The notes below the pieces were generated by a model, which was given only the letters and a program-made list of their open reading frames with translations, was not told the origin of the DNA and did no database searches. A program made the position numbers and the translations under genes. From IMG/VR virus record IMGVR_UViG_3300023276_000855, positions 1-57,468 of that record: a stretch of 57,468 bases of DNA; one strand, given 5' to 3'. This document shows, in pieces, positions 28,539 through 35,583 of this stretch (positions within the stretch are counted from its first letter, which is position 1; each line of letters opens with the position of its first letter). Source of the DNA: a virus. Its lineage: Duplodnaviria > Caudoviricetes.

Positions 28539-28833
28539 CTAATTTATTCTTTGATAAAACATATCTATCAAACATGTTTTGTATTTTAACTTTTCTATCT
28601 AGGATATATACCTCAGTCAATCTATCCCACCCATATGCTGCTTTAGCCTCACAATCCATACAAAGGAATCTTCTCTTATATCCATTGAATACGTTGTCGC
28701 ATTTATGACATACATTCATATACCAACCATTCTCATGTTCCAAATCCTCAACTGCATCTCTTATAGATGGAGGACTGAACAATAATTTGGTTTTGGCAAT
28801 AATGTCAGTGTCTAAGTCGTCTATATTTTTCAT
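28510..28833 (-). CDS. hypothetical zinc-binding protein
   Basis: HENG.Y..CxxC..F.G.KRR..CxxC. Confidence 0.65.
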   Translation of the reverse strand: MKNIDDLDTDIIAKTKLLFSPPSIRDAVEDLEHENGWYMNVCHKCDNVFNGYKRRFLCMDCEAKAAYGWDRLTEVYILDRKVKIQNMFDRYVLSKNKLDELRKLSKL

Positions 28834-28844
28834 ATTTAAAGTGG

Positions 28845-29075
28845 TTATCTTCTGGATTGAAGTGCTTCAGCTTCCTTTTTATACTTTTGTAATATCTCGC
28901 AGAATGTGTCAATATCAGCATAATTGAGATCTATCTCAATTTGATCATCATAACTCTCCACACACAATCCAACAGTGTAAATGCGTGGACAATCCTTATC
29001 ATCTAGGGTTTTACTGTTTACTTGCACTCTAATCTCTGACTGGTCGTTGTCTCGAAAGCTTGTACTTGTCTTCAT
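28845..29075 (-). CDS. hypothetical protein
   Basis: Preceded by TTGACA-N16-TAGTCT-N6-ATG. Confidence 0.65.
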   Translation of the reverse strand: MKTSTSFRDNDQSEIRVQVNSKTLDDKDCPRIYTVGLCVESYDDQIEIDLNYADIDTFCEILQKYKKEAEALQSRR

Positions 29076-29130
29076 GCCAAAAGACTACCCTTTCTGCTCA
29101 GATTGTCAACCTAAAACGTTAAATAATATC

Positions 29131-29523
29131 ATGAGAGTAGTAGAAAGCGATGGTGCAACCTTACCAAAACCTGTTAGAAGAACAATTGAATGGCTTTATC
29201 CAACATGGGTCATCGAGGCTATTGATGATTCTGGTATTACTCATGATTGGGACACACAAAAAGATAAGAATGTGTGGGTTGCTAGACAGAGATTTAACAT
29301 CAATCTTTACCGTTATGGCATTTGTAAACGCCCCGATCTCGCCATTCTGAGACGTGTGATCGTTGGAGGACTCTTTGTGTATGACATCACACCAAACTTC
29401 ATTAAAAAGCTCCTGAAGGGTTCAGCAGAAGGTAAGAGAACCCTTCAAGAAGTACCGACTCATAGAAGAAGATTGAAATCTATGAATCGTATGGATGGTA
29501 TTTCTAAAAGACGAAATAGTTAG
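29131..29523 (+). CDS. hypothetical late protein
   Basis: ATG 29131 preceded by TAAATA-N5. Confidence 0.6.
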   Translation: MRVVESDGATLPKPVRRTIEWLYPTWVIEAIDDSGITHDWDTQKDKNVWVARQRFNINLYRYGICKRPDLAILRRVIVGGLFVYDITPNFIKKLLKGSAEGKRTLQEVPTHRRRLKSMNRMDGISKRRNS

Positions 29524-29966
29524 CGTCTCATTGGAGTTAAGGTTTCCATTGCTTTTGGAATAAAATCTCCCTGTATAGTCAAAGCCAAAAAGATCTTGTC
29601 GCAGATTTGTTTAGCTATTTTATTAAAGATGTGTTCTCTCAGAGACTCAATACTTTTAACATTAACATTACGTAATTCGAAGTCTTCTGAATATGTGAAC
29701 GATTTTCCATTGATAATATAATATGCACTCACTCTCAGAAATACTGCAAAGTTATCAGCAGAAGATAATTTTGTGACTACCCATTCCGCAGAAGTATTAA
29801 ATTCAGGAATGTGTTGAATATGTCTATCAATAATTGAATTGGTTGCTTTATTTTGCATCTCCCCCAATAACTTCAAACTTTCGTCCGTTGGTGCTTTCTG
29901 CTCTATGATAGTCTTATTACCTTCATGATAATGTACGTCTGTATTGTTATTTGTTGTATTCCACAT
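29520..29966 (-). CDS. hypothetical protein
   Basis: 148-aa ORF. Confidence 0.65.
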   Translation of the reverse strand: MWNTTNNNTDVHYHEGNKTIIEQKAPTDESLKLLGEMQNKATNSIIDRHIQHIPEFNTSAEWVVTKLSSADNFAVFLRVSAYYIINGKSFTYSEDFELRNVNVKSIESLREHIFNKIAKQICDKIFLALTIQGDFIPKAMETLTPMRR

Positions 29967-29974
29967 AATTAAAA

Positions 29975-30200
29975 ATTTGCTGGGGTTTTGGTTCTCGGTT
30001 CTATAACCTCACTTACCCCGAAGGGTCTGGTAATTTAATCCAGCATGAGAGCATCACCCCCCAGCTCGGAGCGACTTGCTTTTTGATACAGGAATATCCA
30101 CAATAAAGTGCCTGTAATTTTACTCAAGAGCTAGTTTCGTATATGCCTTATGGGTGTTGTGCCTCACACTGCTATTACTCTGATCCTCAACCTTGATTGG
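29975..30200 (-). ncRNA. candidate structured non-coding RNA or 5' leader
   Basis: Own TTGACA-N16-TATGAT promoter (30205-30232); GC-richer; C(UUCG)G hairpin, several stems and a long-range GCTGGGG/CCCCAGC pair. Confidence 0.5.
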
Positions 30201-30232
30201 GTATATCATACCTAGCTTATAGGGATTGTCAA

Positions 30233-30574
30233 CTAAAAAGGGAGTTGATCGAGGTTATTTATTTCCCAGTCGTTAATCCCTCGACCATTGAAGCTTAGAT
30301 TTGGTTGTATATAGATTGGAAATCTTTGTTCAGTTTTTCCGTCAACTATCTTATATTTTTGTTTAAGATAATGTCCCAACTTTCTATGAGAATAAGATTC
30401 TCCACACCCATAACAATATGCTCTCCCTTCACTAACTCTTAATGAGGGTGTTCTTTCGATATGATTACAACATAAAATGTAAATGTCATTTGCTACATGA
30501 TATCCTATAGAATGTGGCGTATTATAGAATCCTGATCTAGTCTTAGATATAGTATACTTTTTAAGAAATTTCAT
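30233..30574 (-). CDS. hypothetical protein
   Basis: ATG 30574 after TTGACA-N17-TAGTAT-N5; CYGC motif. Confidence 0.6.
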   Translation of the reverse strand: MKFLKKYTISKTRSGFYNTPHSIGYHVANDIYILCCNHIERTPSLRVSEGRAYCYGCGESYSHRKLGHYLKQKYKIVDGKTEQRFPIYIQPNLSFNGRGINDWEINNLDQLPF

Positions 30575-30617
30575 GACGGATACTACCACCTCGACAATCA
30601 AGTGTCAAGGATTTAAA

Positions 30618-30691
30618 TGGAAACCTCGCTCAGAATCGAACTGAGAATTATGGAGTCAAATTCCATTGTTTTTCCGTTAAACTACAAGGCT
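30618..30691 (-). tRNA. tRNA-Gln(TTG)
   Basis: Anticodon arm ATGGA-ATTTGAC-TCCAT, T-loop TTCGATT, 3' CCA. Confidence 0.9.
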
Positions 30692-30701
30692 ATTTATTAA
30701 T

Positions 30702-30792
30702 TGGCGAAAAGAAGAGGGTTCGAACCCCAAGGCATATTATACCTCCCTTTGATTAGCAATCAATGACAAACACCAAGTCTGCATTTCTTTCC
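30702..30792 (-). tRNA. tRNA-Ser(GCT)
   Basis: Loop TTGCTAA, long variable arm, GTTCGAA, GCCA end. Confidence 0.85.
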
Positions 30793-30801
30793 TTATATTG
30801 T

Positions 30802-30890
30802 TGGAAGAAGGCGGGGCTACGATTCCCAAGGCATATCATACCTCCATCTGGTTTCAAAGCAGAGACAACCACTAAGTTGCATCACCTTCC
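30802..30890 (-). tRNA. tRNA-Ser(TGA), divergent
   Basis: Loop TTTGAAA, long variable arm, atypical T-loop, TCCA end. Confidence 0.75.
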
Positions 30891-30909
30891 ATTTTATTTA
30901 TATTAGTTG

Positions 30910-30980
30910 AGATGCTGGTGAGAATCGAACTCACTTACATGGGTTTGCAATCCATTGTATAACCATTCTACCACAGCATC
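30910..30980 (-). tRNA. tRNA-Cys(GCA)
   Basis: Loop TTGCAAA, acceptor GATGCTG/CAGCATC, U73; CCA not encoded. Confidence 0.9.
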
Positions 30981-30985
30981 TTTAT

Positions 30986-31074
30986 TGGCGAAATATAGAG
31001 GTCTTGATCCCCAAGGCTATAAAACCTCCATCTAATTTCCAATTAGAGATAGTCACTTAACTATTTTATATTTC
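30986..31074 (-). tRNA. tRNA-Ser(GGA), divergent
   Basis: TCTAA-TTGGAAA-TTAGA, long variable arm, GCCA end. Confidence 0.8.
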
Positions 31075-31077
31075 TTT

Positions 31078-31151
31078 TGGCAAGTTGTCTCAGGTTCGAA
31101 CTGAGGATAAAAGTTTTGGAGACTTTTGTGTTACCGCTACACTAACAACTT
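31078..31151 (-). tRNA. tRNA-Trp(CCA)
   Basis: AAAGT-CTCCAAA-ACTTT, GTTCGAA, GCCA end. Confidence 0.9.
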
Positions 31152-31159
31152 AATTTGTA

Positions 31160-31327
31160 TTATTCTTCTGGACAGTACCATTCCATAGCCATATCATACT
31201 CATAATCAGCAAGAGCTTTCTCTGCATCAGATTTTGTATCATATGGATAGCTAGTAGTTCCTTTACTATCCCAAAAATACCATTGGTCGTTGATTAGTTC
31301 TACTGTAAATTTTTTACCTTTTTTCAT
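31160..31327 (-). CDS. small hypothetical protein inside the tRNA operon (MKKGKKFTVE..., 55 aa)
   Basis: Read manually; fills the gap between tRNA-Tyr and tRNA-Trp. Confidence 0.55.
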   Translation of the reverse strand: MKKGKKFTVELINDQWYFWDSKGTTSYPYDTKSDAEKALADYEYDMAMEWYCPEE

Positions 31328-31355
31328 TTCTCTATTTTATTTTATTATTTGTTGA

Positions 31356-31441
31356 TGGTGTGCAGGGTGGAACTCGAATCCACATGCCGATAAAGGAGTA
31401 ATTTTACAGATTACCGAGCCAACCAATTGCTCAACCCACAC
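31356..31441 (-). tRNA. tRNA-Tyr(GTA)
   Basis: GTAAT-CTGTAAA-ATTAC, variable arm, ACCA end. Confidence 0.9.
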
Positions 31442-31456
31442 ATTATTTTTTGCAAT

Positions 31457-31485
31457 AAAAAAGCCCAGTTTGTTTAGAACTGGGC
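31457..31485 (-). terminator. attenuator terminator upstream of the 7-tRNA operon
   Basis: GCCCAGTT-loop-AACTGGGC followed by TTTTTT on the minus strand. Confidence 0.85.
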
Positions 31486-31521
31486 GACGAATTATTGCTT
31501 TGTTATATACACATTAATCTA

Positions 31522-31575
31522 TCACCTCAGACTTGAGGAGCATTGCGACCATTGATATGTATAACTGTTTGTCAT
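31522..31575 (-). CDS. leader peptide MTNSYTYQWSQCSSSLR of the tRNA-operon attenuator
   Basis: ATG 6 nt after CTAAATA (TAAATA at 31582-31587); 11 of 17 codons are read by the seven downstream tRNAs. Confidence 0.8.
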   Translation of the reverse strand: MTNSYTYQWSQCSSSLR

Positions 31576-31677
31576 TGTTCTTATTTAGTGTTTATTGATT
31601 CATTATTAATCATTTAGTTATCAAATTACTTTGATATGCAGCAACCACTACGTGCAAGTAGATTAATGTCGGTTGCC

Positions 31678-31753
31678 TTACGGAGGAAGAAGTCGAATCT
31701 TCAACGATTATTGCTTATGAGACAATTTCAGCACCACTACTGACTGCTCCGTG
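31678..31753 (-). tRNA. tRNA-Met(CAT), initiator-like C1:A72 mismatch
   Basis: ATTGT-CTCATAA-GCAAT; acceptor CACGGAG/CTCCGTA; no CCA. Confidence 0.7.
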
Positions 31754-31883
31754 ATTTATATTGTTTTTGTTGGTTCTAGATGTTGTAATGTGATGGGCGA
31801 GCCACCTTTTGATACTCGTTAAAGTATCATTATCCGTTCTTTAGTTTGATTTAAGTAGTTTAATAATTGCTGTTCACATCTAA

Positions 31884-31959
31884 TGGTAGAACAGGTGGGA
31901 TTCGAACCCACGATATTTAGCTTATGATGCTAATGGCTTAACCGCTTACCTACTGTTCA
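31884..31959 (-). tRNA. tRNA-Met/Ile2(CAT)
   Basis: TTAGC-ATCATAA-GCTAA, GGGTTCGAATCCC, ACCA end; 1:72 mismatch. Confidence 0.85.
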
Positions 31960-32018
31960 GTTTCTCTTAACTTCCTGTATTTAATCAGAAAATTCTGATT
32001 TGTCAAATTAAAAGTGAT

Positions 32019-32312
32019 TTAATCTTCAATTTTCTCAATAGACTCCTCAGAAGCCCAACCAACAACCATTTCATTTTCAAAGAAAGTTTCTTCTTCAATT
32101 AGATCATCAGTAACAAAAGCTATTGTAAATTCTGCCCATCTTTTCTTTTGACGGTTACTCCAAGGAGTTCTAAGTGATTTGATATAACCTTCTCTACCCG
32201 AAAATTCAGTTTTCTTCTTGGTGATAGTTACTCTGTCTCCAGCGTCCATATCATACCATCTCGGTTTTCTTGGTTTGTATGTAGATTTCTTCTTAATTGG
32301 TGTGCTTGTCAT
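32019..32312 (-). CDS. hypothetical protein with KOW/SH3-like segment
   Basis: GDRVTI..FSGREG; preceded by TTGACT-N16-TAGGAT-N7-ATG. Confidence 0.6.
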   Translation of the reverse strand: MTSTPIKKKSTYKPRKPRWYDMDAGDRVTITKKKTEFSGREGYIKSLRTPWSNRQKKRWAEFTIAFVTDDLIEEETFFENEMVVGWASEESIEKIED

Positions 32313-32355
32313 TGGGAATATCCTAACTATTTAGCCTGATTAGTCAAGATCTTTC

Positions 32356-32736
32356 TCAGATAATGTCGATTCCGTTGCAGCGCATCCACCCAGCACGAAA
32401 CCCATCCTCGAAATTCTCTCTATTTGAGCCTTGTAAGCGGAAAGAGGTATCATCTTTATATTGGCGCAAGGCTTTTTCATAACCCTCTTCTTTATATAAT
32501 TGAACCATGTCCTTATAATTGTCTGCTACTAATCTCCCAGTCCCCTTATTATGGACGCTGAATGTAGTGTAGATTTTCTTGCTCTCAGGTAGAGTTACAT
32601 ATTCTACGATAAATGTCAAATCATCTTTATGATAATTCCATCGTTTAACATATCCTCCATCTAATTCTTCCACATCTCCCAAACAAGCATTGACCCAATC
32701 TAACTGCTCTTTCTCAATATTATCCTTCATAATCAA
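32356..32736 (-). CDS. hypothetical protein
   Basis: ORF in operon context. Confidence 0.6.
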   Translation of the reverse strand: MIMKDNIEKEQLDWVNACLGDVEELDGGYVKRWNYHKDDLTFIVEYVTLPESKKIYTTFSVHNKGTGRLVADNYKDMVQLYKEEGYEKALRQYKDDTSFRLQGSNRENFEDGFRAGWMRCNGIDII

Positions 32737-33266
32737 ATCTGTTTAAATGGTTCATCTAATAAGAGATCTACAAAGAATTTAATATCTTTATAACACTTAG
32801 ATTGTAGAGTGAAGTTGAATCTAGATGCAGCATCCGTTTTTATCCAATCCCTCAACCCTGTTCCTTTTTCTTTAGATCTAGCAGACCAATCACAAACCAT
32901 TTCTGCAATTTGCTCTCTACTCATATCCTTGATTCCGTTGACATGAAATTCTGGATGGTGATCGTTAGTCTTTCTATGTTGATCTACGGAACTAATAAGC
33001 TCTTTATCTTTAAAGTCTTTTTTGTGAAGATTATCAAACTCAATCCCAGTAAATTTGCTGGCATCGTGTATGGACGCTCTCTTTGCTAATTTCTGAGCTA
33101 ATGCTAATTCCCCAACATCACATAAACGTTTCCATAAAACTTCAGCAGTCTGTCTTACCAATGTAATATGATTCCAATGTAACTCTATTCGCTCTTTGAA
33201 TAGACGATTTTCTTCCTCGTTTAAAGGTGGTTTCTTTTCAGTATCCATAACAAATTTGGAGGTCAC
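32733..33266 (-). CDS. HD-like (DUF5662-type) protein
   Basis: HDASK, H..NDHHPE and EMVCDW motifs. Confidence 0.75.
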   Translation of the reverse strand: MTSKFVMDTEKKPPLNEEENRLFKERIELHWNHITLVRQTAEVLWKRLCDVGELALAQKLAKRASIHDASKFTGIEFDNLHKKDFKDKELISSVDQHRKTNDHHPEFHVNGIKDMSREQIAEMVCDWSARSKEKGTGLRDWIKTDAASRFNFTLQSKCYKDIKFFVDLLLDEPFKQI

Positions 33267-33309
33267 GAATGACCTCCTTATGTATCATTATTTAATTGTT
33301 TGGTGTTTA

Positions 33310-33744
33310 TTATTTAGAAAGTTCTTGTTTAACCATCGTAGATAATCTCTGTCCAGAGACAACCACACCACTCTCTTTAATATTATTCATAATTTTTCCC
33401 ATATCTTTCATGGATGTTGCATTAAAATGTCTAATCACTCCCTTAACCATCTCCCGAAGACCTAATTCATCAATTTCCTTTGGTAAGAATTCTTCTAGAA
33501 TAGATATTTCATATTTCTCTTTATCAGCTAGTTCAATACGACCAACATCACGAAATTGTTTCTCTGAGTCGTTTCCCTGCTTCACAAGCTTTCTGATGAC
33601 ATTGGGGTAGGCATCTCCTTCCACAGACGCGCCAGACTTCTCTAGGTTCGTCATAGCGGTCTTTGCTGCTCGTAGCGGAATCAATTTACTCTTATCCTTA
33701 GCCAACATTGCTTCTTTGATTGATTTTTCGATTTCCTGTTTCAT
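33310..33744 (-). CDS. GatB/YqeY domain protein
   Basis: IKEAMLAKDK..LR..K, GRIELADKE..EI.IL..FLP, MKDMGKIM. Confidence 0.9.
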   Translation of the reverse strand: MKQEIEKSIKEAMLAKDKSKLIPLRAAKTAMTNLEKSGASVEGDAYPNVIRKLVKQGNDSEKQFRDVGRIELADKEKYEISILEEFLPKEIDELGLREMVKGVIRHFNATSMKDMGKIMNNIKESGVVVSGQRLSTMVKQELSK

Positions 33745-33823
33745 TTCGACCAAGGTTTATCACTTGGGATCGGAACTGTCAATAACTTCTTGACTATTTC
33801 GGGATTTTTGTTAAATTTCCTAC

Positions 33824-34012
33824 ATGAGCGAAGAGATAACATATTGGTGGGTGGAATTCCGAGAGTGGGATAAATGGTTTCGTCACGGAATGGATTATGA
33901 GGATGAAATAAAAGCTCTTAGAGCTGCGTCATATGCAGCATCCCATAATGGCGAAGAGTGTATTAGAGTCATGAAACAAGTCGGAGATAACCCTAAAGAG
34001 GAAGTATTATAG
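33824..34012 (+). CDS. hypothetical protein
   Basis: Preceded by TTGACT-N16-TAAATT-N6-ATG. Confidence 0.6.
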   Translation: MSEEITYWWVEFREWDKWFRHGMDYEDEIKALRAASYAASHNGEECIRVMKQVGDNPKEEVL

Positions 34013-34027
34013 TTAAATACATACAGT

Positions 34028-34501
34028 ATGGACTTTAATGAATTACATGATGACATCATCCAAAACAGAACACAAAAGTTAATAAAAGAATCAATGAGAA
34101 ATGACGACACATTAAAACCTATATTAAGAGCATTGGCTACATATGGATATACGATAGTTCCAAAGAGGGATAGATTAGTTCCGATGAAAATGAAGGTCAA
34201 GAATCCTCGCAAACCTGATTATATGGAACTCGAAAATCTATTTAAAATGATGTATAATCGAGCACAAAATTTACCCGATGCACTATCATTCACTAATATG
34301 ACTAGAGATAATGATCATATTATGGAATTTGGTAAAGTAATTGATACTCTGGTGGAAACCAAAAAAACTGTTCCACGCGAATACATGAAACAGTTTATTA
34401 AATGGTCTTCTGGTATTTATAAACCAGCTATGCAAAAAGGTTTTCCTTATAATAAGTATAGAGATATTGTAGTCAATATGCGCAACTTAAATAAGAGATA
34501 A
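34028..34501 (+). CDS. hypothetical late protein
   Basis: TAAATA upstream; 157 aa. Confidence 0.6.
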   Translation: MDFNELHDDIIQNRTQKLIKESMRNDDTLKPILRALATYGYTIVPKRDRLVPMKMKVKNPRKPDYMELENLFKMMYNRAQNLPDALSFTNMTRDNDHIMEFGKVIDTLVETKKTVPREYMKQFIKWSSGIYKPAMQKGFPYNKYRDIVVNMRNLNKR

Positions 34502-34837
34502 TTAGTCAATAGTCACACTACCATCATCATTAACAGTATGGTCTTGTACTTTAGCAACTAATCCCATAATAACACCAAGTTCATTGTCGCGCTTACCTGT
34601 AAGTTCACCTGCTAGGAAAGCAACTGTGTTTGTGTTAAGTTCAAAAAGCTCCTGTGCATCTGTTCCTAGTGCATCAAGTACATCTTGGGGATTTTCATCT
34701 TCCCAAATTGCAGATAGACTAGATACAACTCCTTGAATCAGAGCGTCAGTGCTTTGCTTTGCAGAACGTTTAATTCTGTTTGCCTTCTGTTCAGCTTGTG
34801 TAAGCTCTTGTCTTGGTTGTTCGTTTAGTACGCTCAT
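34502..34837 (-). CDS. hypothetical protein (fibre-associated)
   Basis: ORF downstream of the sulfotransferase. Confidence 0.65.
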   Translation of the reverse strand: MSVLNEQPRQELTQAEQKANRIKRSAKQSTDALIQGVVSSLSAIWEDENPQDVLDALGTDAQELFELNTNTVAFLAGELTGKRDNELGVIMGLVAKVQDHTVNDDGSVTID

Positions 34838-34842
34838 AATAA

Positions 34843-35544
34843 TTATTTAGTAATTGTCGGCTTTAATTTGTGGCTACCGAATATGCCATAATGTGAATCG
34901 TCTTCTTCAACACTTTTAACAATGTTGTTAGGATCAATTTCAAAATTTGCTATTTCAAGGTGTGCAAATACCTTATTCATTGTCTGGACTGGCTTTGCTA
35001 CAAGATCGTCATACTCCACATACATAATCCTGCTGTCCTGTCCTTTGCGTTGTCGCTCATTAATTCTATTCAAGGCTAGACCAAGCGGTACATTATTCAT
35101 GAAATACTGCATTCTTGGTTCTAAGTTGATTGGAATGTTGCGTGTCTCTGGGTGTCCAATATTAGCTTGATAGATTTTCTCTAGGCTGGCTAGAATGTCA
35201 TCAACTGGTCTAACCATAGTAACCATTTTAGACTCTGGATATAGATTCCAAAGTAGTTCTCCATGCTCCAACCATCCTCTTGATTTATCTACAATAACTG
35301 GTTTATCAGTTAGTGCTTTGTAATACCCATCAATACCAGATCGCATAAACCCATCCATTGCATCTTTCATCAATGTTGGGTCTTGGCTTTTTACTTCTGC
35401 TAGTCCGAAATTAGCTAATGCTCCATAGCAATATTCTAAAGCTGGACTGGTTGCACTTGCATACACTTCGGGGTGTTGTCCTAAGAGTGCTTGCATAAGT
35501 TCGCTACCTGCTCTTGGTAGACTACTGTTGACGTGTAAGTTCAT
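34843..35544 (-). CDS. PAPS-dependent sulfotransferase
   Basis: SLPRAGS (5'-PSB loop), DKSRGW, R...ILAS, VEYDDLV..P; TATAAATA late promoter. Confidence 0.85.
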   Translation of the reverse strand: MNLHVNSSLPRAGSELMQALLGQHPEVYASATSPALEYCYGALANFGLAEVKSQDPTLMKDAMDGFMRSGIDGYYKALTDKPVIVDKSRGWLEHGELLWNLYPESKMVTMVRPVDDILASLEKIYQANIGHPETRNIPINLEPRMQYFMNNVPLGLALNRINERQRKGQDSRIMYVEYDDLVAKPVQTMNKVFAHLEIANFEIDPNNIVKSVEEDDSHYGIFGSHKLKPTITK

Positions 35545-35583
35545 GTAAGTATTTATATATCTATTTTAATGTTACAAGCGGTT

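Noticed and set aside
30802-30890. tRNA-Sec or UGA suppressor (TTCAAA visible on the plus strand)
   Set aside because: The tRNA is on the minus strand (CCA end at 30802), with anticodon TGA = Ser.
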